DNA of 64,000 nt from Tissierellia bacterium (GCA_030532305.1 JAUNLJ010000005.1:8820-72819), one strand, 5' to 3'; counted from the stretch's first letter, positions 50,008 to 60,419 are shown. Numbers and translations: made by a program. Notes: generated from the letters alone by a model not told the origin.

Positions 50008-52127
50008 GATAGTCCTCCCTTCCTGGTTTTTTTATGGGGAGCCTTCCTAAAGATAAGGTAGAGGTAGATGCCGAGAACCAAGAGGGCCAGGCCGGTCCAC
50101 AAATTAGCCTCTTGCCCATCCACAAGGACCCGGGCAAACTGGTAGATCATAAAGGTTACCGTGTAGGAAAAACCTAGGATATAGGCCAGGGCAAAGCTAA
50201 ACCACTTCTTGTCTGCCATCTCTTGGCGGATGGCCCCCAGGGCCGCAAAGCAAGGTAGAGTAAACTGATTATAGAACATAAAGGACAGCATGGAGGCCGT
50301 GGTGAAGTAACTGGCCACAAAGCCATCTAGGTTGCCGGCCCCTGCCCCTTGGCCCAGGACGGCAAAGGTGGAGACCACTATTTCCTTGGCCACTAGGCCC
50401 AGGACCGTGGCCACAGCTGCCATCCAGTCTCCAAAGCCCAAGGGGGCAAAGAGCCAGGCCACTTTTTTTCCTAAGAAGGCCAGGATAGAGTCAGTTTGTC
50501 CGGTCCCAAAGGGAGCAAATTCCCCGGCCACGGTAATATTTTCTAGGAGCCAAATCCCCATGGAGGCTAAAAGGATAAGGGTTCCGGCCTTAACAATAAA
50601 GGCCTTAACCCGAAAACCCGTAGCCCTCAAGACATTTTTCATGCTGGGGACCCGGTAGTCGGGTAGCTCCATGACAAAGGGGGCTGGGTCTCCCTGGAAG
50701 CGGTCTGTCTTCTTTAGGATTAATCCAGAGATAATCACCGCCAGGATCCCCCCAAAATACCAAAGGGGGGCAAACCAGAAGGCCCCACCATAGACCCCGG
50801 CAAACATGGCAATAATATCGGTCTTGGCCCCACAGGGCATCATGGAGGCCAGGGTAATGGTCATCCGCCGGTCCTTGTCATTTTCAATGGTCCGGGTCCC
50901 CACGATCCCAGGCACAGAACAGCCTGTCCCAATAAGAATGGGAATAAAGGACTTGCCTGATAGGCCAAACCGCCTAAAGACCCGGTCTAGGATAAAGGCA
51001 ATCCGGGCCATGTAGCCCACGTCTTCTAGGATGGAAATGAGGAAGAAGAGGGTGGCAATCAGGGGCAAGAAGCCCAGGACACCGGCTACCCCAGCCAGGG
51101 CCCCGTCTAGGACCAAGGACTTAAGGGCCAAAGACACCTCCAGGGAATCTAAGACCCCTTCCAGCCCCCGGCTAAAGGGGTCTATAAGGTAGGTCTCTAA
51201 AAGGTCCACTGGCAGGCCCTCAGCCCAGTCAATGGAAATCCGGTAGACCATCACCATAATGGCCACAAAGATAGGTAGGCCAAAAACTCGGTGGGTCACC
51301 CATCGGTCTATCCTATCTGACAGACTTAGGCCCGGGTCCCCCTTCACCAGGACCTCTTCCCGGACCCTGGAGACAAAGTTATAGCGCTCATCGGTGACAA
51401 TGCCCTCACTATCGTCATCAAAGGCCTCTTCTGCCTGGCTGATATAGGCCTCCACCTGGTCTATGACCTGACCGTCTAGGCCCAGGCCCTGGAGGACCTT
51501 CTCATCCCTTTCAAAGAGCTTAAGGGCCGTCCACCATCTATTGCTTTCGTCTAAGCTGGGGGGGAGAAGGTCTTCAATCTTTTGGATATAGGCCTCCACT
51601 TGTGGGGAAAAGATCCCCAGGTCCTTCCTGGGCAGGGGCTTATAGGCTAGGGCCTTGGCCGCCTCAATGAGCTGGTCCAGCCCCCGGTTTTTAAGGGCAG
51701 AAATTTCCACCACCTGGCAATTTAAGGCCTCTTTTAACTTGGCCTTATTAATCTGGTCCCCATTTTTTTCCACCAGGTCCATCATATTAAGGGCCAGGAC
51801 CATGGGGATCCCCAGGTCTGCCAGCTGGGTGCTTAAGTAGAGGCTCCGCTCCATATTGGAGGCATCAATCACATTAATAAGTACATGGGGCCTTTCATGA
51901 ACTAGGTAGTCCCTGGAAACCAGCTCCTCCAGGCTGTAGGGGGACAGGGAATAGATCCCCGGTAGGTCTGTAAATAAAACCTCCTTGTCCTTCCTGTAGG
52001 TCCCTGTCTTTTTCTCCACCGTTACCCCAGGCCAGTTGCCCACATGTTGGTGGGACCCGGTTAATTGGTTAAAAAGGGTGGTCTTCCCACTGTTGGGATT
52101 GCCCACCAGAGCTATATTTATGGTCAT
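49989..52127 (-). CDS. feoB: ferrous iron transporter FeoB
   Basis: N-terminal G domain VGNPNSGKTTLFN and DLPGIYS, and a polytopic C-terminal domain. Confidence 0.95.
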   Translation of the reverse strand: MTINIALVGNPNSGKTTLFNQLTGSHQHVGNWPGVTVEKKTGTYRKDKEVLFTDLPGIYSLSPYSLEELVSRDYLVHERPHVLINVIDASNMERSLYLSTQLADLGIPMVLALNMMDLVEKNGDQINKAKLKEALNCQVVEISALKNRGLDQLIEAAKALAYKPLPRKDLGIFSPQVEAYIQKIEDLLPPSLDESNRWWTALKLFERDEKVLQGLGLDGQVIDQVEAYISQAEEAFDDDSEGIVTDERYNFVSRVREEVLVKGDPGLSLSDRIDRWVTHRVFGLPIFVAIMVMVYRISIDWAEGLPVDLLETYLIDPFSRGLEGVLDSLEVSLALKSLVLDGALAGVAGVLGFLPLIATLFFLISILEDVGYMARIAFILDRVFRRFGLSGKSFIPILIGTGCSVPGIVGTRTIENDKDRRMTITLASMMPCGAKTDIIAMFAGVYGGAFWFAPLWYFGGILAVIISGLILKKTDRFQGDPAPFVMELPDYRVPSMKNVLRATGFRVKAFIVKAGTLILLASMGIWLLENITVAGEFAPFGTGQTDSILAFLGKKVAWLFAPLGFGDWMAAVATVLGLVAKEIVVSTFAVLGQGAGAGNLDGFVASYFTTASMLSFMFYNQFTLPCFAALGAIRQEMADKKWFSFALAYILGFSYTVTFMIYQFARVLVDGQEANLWTGLALLVLGIYLYLIFRKAPHKKTRKGGLSWEMPL

Positions 52128-52147
52128 CTTATCACTCCTCTTCTCGC

Positions 52148-52372
52148 CTAGATGGCTTCCACTTCAATTAGGGAGGCATCTTCCTTCCTAAGGCTTAACT
52201 CATAATTTCTTAAATTGACCTGGATGGGGTCCCCTAGAGGAGCTGTCTTTCTTATGTAGATCTCACAACCCTTGGTAATCCCCATATCCATAATCCGTCT
52301 TTTTAAGGGCCCCTGGCCCCTGACTTTTTTTACCCGGTAGGTCCCTCCCACCTGGCCTTGGTTTAGTGTCAT
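52148..52372 (-). CDS. feoA: FeoA family protein
   Basis: 74 aa SH3-like. RRIMDMGITKGCEI. Confidence 0.85.
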   Translation of the reverse strand: MTLNQGQVGGTYRVKKVRGQGPLKRRIMDMGITKGCEIYIRKTAPLGDPIQVNLRNYELSLRKEDASLIEVEAI

Positions 52373-52381
52373 CTTATCCTC

Positions 52382-52609
52382 CTAATTCACATAAATGGCA
52401 GAGGCTAGCTTGTGGCCCAGGGCCACCCTAGAATCTCTCACCTTCACAATCAAATTTCCATTAACTTCACTGACTAGACTAATTTTAGCCCCCTTGACAA
52501 AGCCCAAGTGGCTCAGCTGCCTGAGGGCCTCTTCCCCTCCTAGGAGCCGCTTGCTGATCCTGGCAATGGTGAAGTCTGTATTTTTAGGGGCCACAGGTAA
52601 ATTAAACAT
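52382..52609 (-). CDS. feoA: FeoA family protein (second copy)
   Basis: 75 aa. LSHLGFVKGAKISLV. Confidence 0.8.
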   Translation of the reverse strand: MFNLPVAPKNTDFTIARISKRLLGGEEALRQLSHLGFVKGAKISLVSEVNGNLIVKVRDSRVALGHKLASAIYVN

Positions 52610-52663
52610 GGTTTTCCCTCCTAAATCTTATTTGATATGTATTATCTTTATTCCTGTACTCCT

Positions 52664-52693
52664 AGTATAAGGTTTTTGATTGAGAATATCAAT
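52664..52693 (-). promoter_or_regulatory. feo operon promoter (TTGATA-17-TATACT) with inverted repeat ATTGA-N5-TCAAT over the -35 element
   Basis: Hexamers at 52687-52692 and 52664-52669 (minus sense). Palindrome at 52679-52693. Candidate metalloregulator operator. Confidence 0.4.
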
Positions 52694-52763
52694 AGCATTT
52701 TTCTTTTTGTCCTTTTTTTCTTTTTCGTCCTTACTTTGTCCCTTGACTTTACAATTCAAGACA

Positions 52764-52810
52764 TAAAAAAATATCTGTTAAGGGATATTTTCTTATCCCC
52801 TAACAGATAT
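52764..52810 (-). terminator. strong intrinsic terminator at the left edge of the AT-rich islet
   Basis: 17-bp arms ATATCTGTTAAGGGATA / TATCCCCTAACAGATAT with one mismatch. A7 on plus gives U7 on the minus transcript. Confidence 0.7.
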
Positions 52811-52970
52811 TACAGAACCTTAAAAACACTACTTTCAGTTAAAATAACCAGATCATTAAAAAATAACCTGACTTATTGATGGATAGATGGGTTGAGGCTA
52901 GTCTATCCCCCAAGGGTTGACAAAGAACCCTTTTTTAATCCCAAATAGTAAATATATCAACCTCACAAGA

Positions 52971-53632
52971 CTATTGCCAATCAATCCAATAACTTTGCCC
53001 GTTAACATAAAATTTCATCCAACCAAATGAAGATCCATACCCTCCAAAACTTTGAAGGTCGGCTGACATCCATGCGTGTGTTGGCCTTCTCCAATCAGAC
53101 CAATACCCTGACTTCATATTTGAATATGTTCCACCTATTACCCAAATATTTCTATCATATTGAGATAAGATTTTACCCATGTTTCTAACTGTATCCTGTG
53201 CAAAATCCACAGTATATGCCATCCCTACTAATCCTACATTTTTACTTACCCTATAGCCATAAGTATAGTCTACCGCATCCATGTATGGCTCAACATGTGG
53301 TTTATCCACATCTACAATTTCTGTTTTTAAAATTCTGAAAGAACCATCAGGATAAATTGTCTTTTCAAAATTTTTTGATTTTATCTGTGGTTTAATTTCT
53401 TTATATTCTTCCTTGAAACAGTCCCATAATTCATTGTTTAGAAACTTTGTTACTAGAATATCAATTTTCTCTTCAGGTACTTCATTTTCTCATAAAACAG
53501 AAATAACCTTACTTACATCTTTAGTCACGTCATTTAAATTATCTTCATTTGCATAAGAACTTGTCGGTATAAATAAAATACACATTATGAAAACCAGCAA
53601 AATTGAAAATAGTTTCTAATACTCCTAAACAT
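52971..53632 (-). pseudogene. decayed gene for a secreted protein of unknown family (frameshift in an A-run near 53613-53615 and an in-frame TGA at 53490-53492)
   Basis: Hand translation: MFRSIR, then after a 1-nt shift KLFSILLVFIMCILFIPTSSYA/NEDNLNDVTKDVSKVISVL*ENEVPEEKIDILVTKF...DVDKPHVEPYMDAV, continuous with track ORF 52971..53309. AAGGAGG RBS. Confidence 0.45.
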
Positions 53633-53634
53633 AA

Positions 53635-53727
53635 TTACCTCCTTTTTTTTAAATAAACAATCATGCTCCCTATTAAAATCAGAGCCAAAATAAGACCAAT
53701 TAGAATTAAAATAAAACTTATGCCCAT
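53635..53727 (-). CDS. 30-codon hydrophobic peptide ORF (MGISFILILIGLILALILIGSMIVYLKKRR)
   Basis: AGGAGGAGG lies 5 nt before the ATG at 53727. A single TM helix with a basic tail. Its stop overlaps the RBS of the next gene. AT-rich context makes a chance ORF possible. Confidence 0.35.
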   Translation of the reverse strand: MGISFILILIGLILALILIGSMIVYLKKRR

Positions 53728-53829
53728 TTCTACCTCCTCCTCTATTATTACTTTAGTACCCAGAAACATTGAATTTGAAACAATATAAATGATTTCATGG
53801 CTTATCCACCTAATTTCTTGTTTGACCCA

Positions 53830-54102
53830 CTAGTTTAATTTTAATTGTCTAAAGGGATTCTCTTCAGAAGGATTTTGTTTAGCCCAATGAAATACTTGTC
53901 TAACCTTTTATATAGGAACTGTAATGTCAAGCGATGGGTTAGCCTTCTTCCCTACTTTTTCGTCAGTCCGGTCATCCCCTCTATCTGCTCCATAAACTAC
54001 AGGATAAAAGGTAGGATCAGTTTTTCTTCCTTCAAGTATGTCTACTGTCTTCTGATGTGTCTCCTAACAGATGAATTTTGTGAGTTTGTATTTCTCTTTC
54101 AT
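53830..54102 (-). pseudogene. gene remnant: a 91-codon frame with internal TAG and TAA
   Basis: GGAGAGGAGG lies 5 nt before the ATG at 54102. Frame reads MKEKYKLTKFIC*ETHQKTVDILEGRKTDPTFYPVVYGADRGDDRTDEKVGKKANPSLDITVPI*KVRQVFHWAKQNPSEENPFRQLKLN*. Confidence 0.3.
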
Positions 54103-54116
54103 TCGACCTCCTCTCC

Positions 54117-54151
54117 ACAAAAATAAGGCCTAGCCTCCAAGGGCTGGCCTT
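54117..54151 (-). terminator. uvrA intrinsic terminator
   Basis: AAGGCCTAGCC-TCCAA-GGGCTGGCCTT imperfect hairpin. An A-rich run on plus gives a U-run on minus. Confidence 0.6.
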
Positions 54152-54161
54152 ATTTAGGGTC

Positions 54162-57008
54162 CTATTTCTTTTTCTTTGCCTTATCAAAAATCTTTTTTAA
54201 AAACTGGCCCGTATAGGACTTTTTAACCTGGGCCACCTCTTCTGGACGGCCCTGGGCCACCAGGGTCCCCCCAGCCAGACCTCCGTCGGGTCCCAGGTCA
54301 ATAAGATGGTCGGCAATCTTAATGACGTCCAGGTTGTGCTCAATGACCACCACTGTGTTGCCCTTGTCCACCAACTGGTCAAGGACCTGGACTAGCCGGT
54401 GGATATCGGCGGTGTGCAGGCCTGTGGTGGGCTCATCTAGGATATAGACCGTCTGGCCAGTCCCCCTCTTAGACAGTTCTGTGGCCAGCTTGACCCTTTG
54501 GGCCTCTCCCCCAGATAGCTGGGTGGAGGACTGGCCCAGTTTAATATAGCCTAGGCCCACCTCCTTGAGGGTCTGGATCTTCCTTAGGATCCTGGGGTGG
54601 TTTTCAAAAAAGACGGCGGCCTCATCCACGGTCATGTCTAAAATATCGGAGATGTTTTTCCCCTTGTACTTGACCTGGAGGGTCTCCCGGTTGTAGCGGT
54701 CCCCGTTGCAGACCTCACAGGGGACATAGACGTCTGGAAGGAAGTGCATTTCCACCTTGGTAATCCCGTCTCCCTTACAGGCCTCGCACCGGCCCCCCTT
54801 GACATTAAAGGAGAACCGTCCCTTCTTGTAGCCCCGGATCTTGGCCTCGTTGGTGGAGGCAAAGAGTTCTCGGATCATATCAAAGGTCCCCGTGTAGGTG
54901 GCCGGGTTAGACCGGGGGGTCCGGCCAATGGGGCTTTGGTCAATGCTAACCACCTTGTCCACCTGGTCTAGGCCCTTAATCTCCTTAAACTTCCCGGGCC
55001 GGATCTTGGACCGGTTGATCTTCTGGGCCAGGGCCTTGTGGAGGATCTCATTGACCAGGGAGGACTTGCCAGACCCAGAGACCCCGGTGACACAGATAAA
55101 CTGGCCCAGGGGAAAGTCTACGTCAATATTCTTAAGGTTGTTTTCCCGGGCCCCATAGACGGTGATTTTCTCTCCTGTGTAGGGCCGTCTCTTTTCAGGA
55201 ATGGGAATGGCCCGGCGGCCAGACAGGTAGGCCCCAGTGATGGATTCCTCCACCGCCTCAATGTCTTCTACCTGGCCCTGGGCCACCACCCGGCCCCCGT
55301 GGACCCCGGCTCCAGGCCCAATATCAATGATCTGGTCGGCCATCCGCATGGTGTCCTCATCGTGCTCCACCACAATCAGGGTGTTGCCTGCATCGGTCAG
55401 GTCCCTTAGGGCCTGGAGGAGCATGGCATTGTCCTTTTGGTGGAGGCCAATGGAGGGCTCATCTAAAACATAGATGACCCCTACCAGGGCCGACCCAATT
55501 TGGGTGGCCAGGCGGATCCTTTGGGCCTCGCCCCCGGATAGGGTCCCGGCCTTTCTGGCCAGGGTCAAGTAGTCTAGACCCACCTTGTCTAAAAAGGACA
55601 GGCGCTCTCTGATCTCCTTTAAGATCTCCTGGCCAATGATTTTTTCCGTGTCGCTTAATTCCAGGTTCCTGAAAAAGACCAGGCTGTCTGCCACAGGCAT
55701 TTGGGTGGCTTCATAGATGTTTTTGCCCCCCACCTTAAAGGCCAGACTAGAGGCCTTGAGCCGGGCCCCTCCACAACTTGCACAGGGAATGTCTGCTAAA
55801 AAGGGTTCAATCCTTTCTAGGACCCGGTCTGACGTGGTCTCGTGGTAGCGGCGTTCCAGGTTCTTTAGGACCCCTTCAAAGCCCATCTTATGCTTTTTCT
55901 CTCCGGAAAAATAAGAGTCGTAGCTAAATTCCAAGACCCTAGAGGTCCCATGGAGAAGTTCATCAATAAAGGCCTGGGGGGCCTCCTTGAGGGGGGCCTT
56001 GGTGGAAAACTTGTGGGCCTTGGCCAGGGCCTTCATCAGCTCCATATAAAAGGTCCCATCGGAGTCTGAATAGGCGCTAACGGCCCCCTCTTCCAGGGAC
56101 AGGTCCCAGTTGGGGATAATGGCGTCTAGGTCCGGCTGCTTGCTAGACCCCAGCCCATTACAAGTGGGGCAGGCCCCTATGGGGGTGTTAAAGGAAAAGC
56201 TCCGGGGGCTGGCCTCCTCAATGACAATCCCGTGGTCCACACAGGCCAGCTTGGTGCTGTAGAGCTTGTGGGTTCCGTCCATAAAGTCTATATAGACCAT
56301 CCCATCACTGAGGCCAAGGGCCGTTTCCAAGCTGTCCGTTAGCCGGGTCTGGACCCCCTCCCGGATAATAATCCGGTCCACCACCACATAGATATTGTGC
56401 TTTTTATTTTTATCTAGGACAATGTCCTCTTCCAGCTCCCTTAGGTCTCCGTCCACCAGGACCCTAAGGAAGCCGTCCTTACGCAGCCCCTCTAAAAGAC
56501 GGACATGGGCCCCCTTTCTTTCCCGAACCACCGGGGCCAGGACCTGGAGCCGGGTCCGCTCTTCTAACTTCATTAGGTCGTCTACAATTTGGTCCTGGCT
56601 GTAGGCAGTAATCTCCTTGCCGCAGACCGGGCAATAGGGCCGGCCAATCCGGGCATAGAGTAGGCGGAGATAGTCGTAGATTTCTGTCACCGTCCCCACC
56701 GTAGACCGGGGGTTTTGACTGGTGGTCTTTTGGTCAATGGCGATGGCAGGGCTCATCCCCTCTATATAGTCCACCTCGGGCTTGTCCATCTGGCCTAAAA
56801 ACTGCCGGGCATAGGAGGACAGGGACTCCACATACCGTCTTTGTCCTTCTGCATAAATGGTATCAAAGGCCAGGGAAGACTTGCCCGAGCCTGATAAACC
56901 GGTCATGACCACCATCTGGCCTCGAGGGATGGTCACATCTATATTTTTAAGATTGTGCTGACGGGCCCCCTGGATAATAATGGCCTCATCCCTTTTATTC
57001 TTCTTCAC
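54162..57008 (-). CDS. uvrA: excinuclease ABC subunit UvrA; probable GTG start
   Basis: [16 protein letters not shown], two ABC modules ([18 protein letters not shown]) and zinc fingers. AGGAGGAGG lies 5 nt before the GTG at 57008. Confidence 0.95.
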   Translation of the reverse strand: MKKNKRDEAIIIQGARQHNLKNIDVTIPRGQMVVMTGLSGSGKSSLAFDTIYAEGQRRYVESLSSYARQFLGQMDKPEVDYIEGMSPAIAIDQKTTSQNPRSTVGTVTEIYDYLRLLYARIGRPYCPVCGKEITAYSQDQIVDDLMKLEERTRLQVLAPVVRERKGAHVRLLEGLRKDGFLRVLVDGDLRELEEDIVLDKNKKHNIYVVVDRIIIREGVQTRLTDSLETALGLSDGMVYIDFMDGTHKLYSTKLACVDHGIVIEEASPRSFSFNTPIGACPTCNGLGSSKQPDLDAIIPNWDLSLEEGAVSAYSDSDGTFYMELMKALAKAHKFSTKAPLKEAPQAFIDELLHGTSRVLEFSYDSYFSGEKKHKMGFEGVLKNLERRYHETTSDRVLERIEPFLADIPCASCGGARLKASSLAFKVGGKNIYEATQMPVADSLVFFRNLELSDTEKIIGQEILKEIRERLSFLDKVGLDYLTLARKAGTLSGGEAQRIRLATQIGSALVGVIYVLDEPSIGLHQKDNAMLLQALRDLTDAGNTLIVVEHDEDTMRMADQIIDIGPGAGVHGGRVVAQGQVEDIEAVEESITGAYLSGRRAIPIPEKRRPYTGEKITVYGARENNLKNIDVDFPLGQFICVTGVSGSGKSSLVNEILHKALAQKINRSKIRPGKFKEIKGLDQVDKVVSIDQSPIGRTPRSNPATYTGTFDMIRELFASTNEAKIRGYKKGRFSFNVKGGRCEACKGDGITKVEMHFLPDVYVPCEVCNGDRYNRETLQVKYKGKNISDILDMTVDEAAVFFENHPRILRKIQTLKEVGLGYIKLGQSSTQLSGGEAQRVKLATELSKRGTGQTVYILDEPTTGLHTADIHRLVQVLDQLVDKGNTVVVIEHNLDVIKIADHLIDLGPDGGLAGGTLVAQGRPEEVAQVKKSYTGQFLKKIFDKAKKKK

Positions 57009-57166
57009 TATAACCTCCTCCTGACTAAAGCTTGGTCCAGTTTCGCAAGCTAAAAAGTCCATGCCTAGGCACGAACTTTTATCTATACTTGTTTATTTTC
57101 TTTCTTTGACTGTTCTAGTATAGCATAAAGTCCCTAAAAAAACAGGGGGTTTTTAAAACATTTGTT

Positions 57167-59149
57167 CTAATCTAGCCCCTTGGCCTGGGCCAGCTGGTCC
57201 CTCATAAGGTTAATTTGGTCCCTAATTTCAGCGGCCTTTTCAAAGTCCAGCCCATCGGCGGCCTTATACATTTCCACTTCCAGGCTCTTGATCATTTGGC
57301 TAAGCTCTTCTTCTGTAAAGGCATCGGGGCTAAAGTCCTCTGCCTCCTCTGCCACCACAGACACATCAATAATATCCCGGACCTGTTTTTTAACAGATTG
57401 GGGGGTAATATGGTGGTCCTCATTATACTGGGCCTGGATCTCCCGCCGCCGCTGGGTCTCCTGGATGGTCCTTTCCATGGACCCGGTTATGGTGTCGGCA
57501 TAGAAGATAACCCGGCCCTCTGTATTTCTGGCTGCCCGGCCCGCGGTCTGGATCAGGGAGGTTTCCGACCGAAGGAAGCCCTCCTTGTCGGCATCTAAGA
57601 TGGCCACCAGGCCCAGCTCGGGAATGTCCAGCCCCTCTCTTAAGAGGTTGATCCCAATAAGGACGTCATAGACCCCCAGCCGGAGGTCCCTAATGATCTC
57701 CATCCGGTCAATGGTGTCCACATCAGAGTGCATATAGGTCACCTTGAGGCCCAGGTCCTCATAGTACTTGGTTAGGTCCTCGGCCATCCGCTTGGTTAGG
57801 GTGGTGATAAAGGTCCTAAGGCCCTTTTCTGTGGTCTCTTGGATTTGCCCTGTTAAGTGGTCGATTTGGTTCTTGGTGGGAACCACCTCAATCTTGGGAT
57901 CCAGGATGCCCGTGGGCCGGATCAGCTGTTCTACCCGGATTTTTTCATGGTCCTTTTCATAGGGGCCCGGGGTGGCCGATACATAGATGGACTGGTTCAT
58001 CATGGCCTCAAATTCCTTAAACTCCAGGGGCCGGTTGTCCAGGGCAGAAGGCAGGCGGAAACCATAGTCCACCAGGGTCTGCTTCCGGGCCCGGTCCCCA
58101 TTATACATGCCCCGAATTTGGGGGATGGTGACATGGGACTCATCTATAAAGGTAATAAAGTCCTCAGGAAAGTAGTCAATAAGGGTGTAGGGCCTGGACC
58201 CAGGCCCCCGGCCAGACAGGTGGCGGGAATAGTTTTCTATGCCGGAGCAAAAGCCCATCTCATTTAACATTTCCAGGTCATACCGGGTCCTCTGCTCCAA
58301 CCTCTGGGCCTCCAGGAGCTTCTCCTGGTCCTTTAAGACGGCCAAGCGTTCTTCCAGCTCTTCCTCTATGGTGACAATGGCCCGGTCCACCTTTTCCCTG
58401 GAGGTGGCAAAGTGGGAGGCCGGGGTAATATAGGCATGGTTAAGATAGGCCAGGGTCCGGCCTGTTAGGGTGTCCACCTCGGCAATCCGGTCGATTTCGT
58501 CTCCAAAAAATTCCACCCGGATGGAGTTTTCAGAGGAGGAGGCTGGAAAGATCTCCAGGCTGTCCCCCCGGACCCGGAAGGTCCCCCGGCTAAAGTCAAT
58601 GTCGTTACGGACATACTGGATGTCCACCAGGTGGCTCATGACCTCGTTTCGGTCCCGGACCATTCCCGGCCTTAGGCTTACAGCCAGGCTCTTGTAGTCG
58701 ATGGGGTCCCCTAGGCCATAAATACAGGAGACCGAGGCCACTATAATCACATCCCGTCTTTCAAAAAGGCTCATGGTGGCCGAGTGCCTAAGCTTATCTA
58801 TATTGTCGTTGATGCTGGAGTCCTTTTCTATAAAGGTGTCCGTCTGGGGCACATAGGCCTCCGGCTGGTAGTAGTCATAGTAAGACACAAAGTATTCCAC
58901 GGCATTTTCCGGGAAAAATTCCTTAAACTCCGTGGCCAGCTGGTAGGCCAGGGTCTTGTTGTGGGCAATGACCAGGGCCGGCCGCTGGACCCTCTCAATG
59001 ACATTGGCCATGGTAAAGGTCTTGCCTGAACCGGTAACCCCCAGGAGGGTCTGGTGGCCATGGCCAGCCCTTAGGCCCTTTTCCAGGGCCTCAATGGCCT
59101 GGGGCTGGTCCCCTGTGGGCTTAAATTTACTGTGTAATTTAAATTCCAT
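57167..59149 (-). CDS. uvrB: excinuclease ABC subunit UvrB
   Basis: [10 protein letters not shown] Walker A, a helicase core, and the C-terminal UVR domain [12 protein letters not shown]. Confidence 0.95.
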   Translation of the reverse strand: MEFKLHSKFKPTGDQPQAIEALEKGLRAGHGHQTLLGVTGSGKTFTMANVIERVQRPALVIAHNKTLAYQLATEFKEFFPENAVEYFVSYYDYYQPEAYVPQTDTFIEKDSSINDNIDKLRHSATMSLFERRDVIIVASVSCIYGLGDPIDYKSLAVSLRPGMVRDRNEVMSHLVDIQYVRNDIDFSRGTFRVRGDSLEIFPASSSENSIRVEFFGDEIDRIAEVDTLTGRTLAYLNHAYITPASHFATSREKVDRAIVTIEEELEERLAVLKDQEKLLEAQRLEQRTRYDLEMLNEMGFCSGIENYSRHLSGRGPGSRPYTLIDYFPEDFITFIDESHVTIPQIRGMYNGDRARKQTLVDYGFRLPSALDNRPLEFKEFEAMMNQSIYVSATPGPYEKDHEKIRVEQLIRPTGILDPKIEVVPTKNQIDHLTGQIQETTEKGLRTFITTLTKRMAEDLTKYYEDLGLKVTYMHSDVDTIDRMEIIRDLRLGVYDVLIGINLLREGLDIPELGLVAILDADKEGFLRSETSLIQTAGRAARNTEGRVIFYADTITGSMERTIQETQRRREIQAQYNEDHHITPQSVKKQVRDIIDVSVVAEEAEDFSPDAFTEEELSQMIKSLEVEMYKAADGLDFEKAAEIRDQINLMRDQLAQAKGLD

Positions 59150-59199
59150 CCTATCCCCCTCTATTTAGAAAAAGCGACCTGCTTAGAGATCGCTTTGCC

Positions 59200-60351
59200 T
59201 TACTTCTTCTTTAAATAAGCTAGGGCCCCCTGCAATTGCAGGTCCTGGTCTAGGTAGTCTAGGCCAATGCCCTCCACGTCTTCTGGCAGGGAAATCACCT
59301 GGTCCGGCTCAATCCCCTTGCCATGTATATTTACCCCAGCTGGCGTAAAATATTCACTGGTGGTCAGCTTGAGGCCCCCTCCCCCAAGAAAGGGGGTCAC
59401 CGTTTGAACCACACCCTTGCCAAAGGTCTTTTCCCCGATTAGGACCCCCCGGCCATGGTCCTTTAGGGCCCCAGCCAAAATTTCTGAGGCAGAGGCGGAC
59501 CCCTGGTTCACTAGAAGGACCAGGGGCAGGTCTGTGGCCCCCTCCTCTGCATAAAAGTCAAAGACCTTCTTGCCAGACTTGTCGGTGGCATAGACAATGT
59601 TGCCTTCCTCTAAGAAGAGGTCCGCAATGGCCACGGCCTCCTCCAAGATCCCTCCCGGGTTTCCCCTTAAGTCCACCACCAGACCCTTGACCCCATTTTT
59701 TTCATGGACCTCCAGGGCCGCCTTAAAGTCTTCAGAGCTATCCTCTTCAAAGGAGGTGAGGCCAATATAGCCTATATCCCCCTCCAAGCTCCCACTAATG
59801 ACCGATTCTGTCTTAATCTCATCCCGAAGAAGGCTCACCTCCTCCATATGGACCTTGTCCCCCCTTTTCTTTAAGAGGGTCACCTGGACCTGGGTCCCCT
59901 TTTCTCCCCGCATCATGTCCACAGCCTGGTCCATTTTCTCGGCAGTGACCTCCTGGTCTTCTACCTTGATAATCTTGTCCCCAGACTGGATGCCGGCCTG
60001 GTCTGCCGGGCTCCCCTTAATGGGGGCCACCACAGTAATGAGATTGTCCTCCCCTGGGGCAATTTGGACCCCAATCCCATAAAACTTCCCCCGGGTGGTC
60101 TCTAAAAGGGCCTGGTATTCCTCCGGGGTAAAGTAGGCGGAATAGGGGTCCTCCAGGGCCGCCACAATCCCCTTTAATTTCCCCTGGTTAAAGGCCCCCT
60201 TGTCCACCTCCCTAAGATAGTTCTTTTCAATATAGGTCTCCAGGGCCAGCTCCTTAAGGGCCTGGCCATTGCCTCCCCAGGCAAAAAAAAGAGTAAACCC
60301 ATTGGTAATTAAGAGGAGGGCCAAAACCAGGACCACATTTCTTTTTTTCAT
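59200..60351 (-). CDS. ctpA: S41 carboxyl-terminal processing protease
   Basis: Signal anchor MKKRNVVLVLALLL, a PDZ domain, and GSASASEILAGAL...K catalytic Ser/Lys context. The start is ambiguous among 60351, 60357 and 60402. Confidence 0.85.
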   Translation of the reverse strand: MKKRNVVLVLALLLITNGFTLFFAWGGNGQALKELALETYIEKNYLREVDKGAFNQGKLKGIVAALEDPYSAYFTPEEYQALLETTRGKFYGIGVQIAPGEDNLITVVAPIKGSPADQAGIQSGDKIIKVEDQEVTAEKMDQAVDMMRGEKGTQVQVTLLKKRGDKVHMEEVSLLRDEIKTESVISGSLEGDIGYIGLTSFEEDSSEDFKAALEVHEKNGVKGLVVDLRGNPGGILEEAVAIADLFLEEGNIVYATDKSGKKVFDFYAEEGATDLPLVLLVNQGSASASEILAGALKDHGRGVLIGEKTFGKGVVQTVTPFLGGGGLKLTTSEYFTPAGVNIHGKGIEPDQVISLPEDVEGIGLDYLDQDLQLQGALAYLKKK

Positions 60352-60419
60352 GCACATGTCCTTCCTAGCAAAAGAAGGAACCAAGTCCCTTGATTCCTTC
60401 AAAAAATAGTCTTATAGCT

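Noticed and set aside
49940-50137. 65-aa minus-strand ORF overlapping the feoB 3' end
   Set aside because: It is out of frame with both feoB and the RBS-supported 48-codon Cys-rich ORF, it has no RBS, and its sequence is implausible.
52637-52879. 80-aa plus-strand ORF; also 53845-54126 (93 aa, TTG start)
   Set aside because: The first runs across the feo promoter and a terminator hairpin. The second is antisense to an RBS-preceded frame. Both are Phe/Leu/Ser/Cys/Tyr-rich, as expected for chance ORFs in T-rich DNA.
52743-52940. Possible plus-strand small RNA between a TTGACT box and the hairpin AAGGGTT-GACAAAG-AACCCTT plus T-run (52911-52940)
   Set aside because: There is no acceptable -10 element at the right spacing, and I can assess no conservation. 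It is noted only as a plus-strand terminator-like hairpin of unknown role.
53490-53492. In-frame TGA in the islet gene as evidence of a TGA=Trp/Gly genetic code donor or selenocysteine
   Set aside because: The same gene encodes its many Trp residues with TGG. The neighbouring remnant carries in-frame TAG and TAA, and a frameshift is also present. General gene decay explains all of these. I saw no SECIS-like hairpin.
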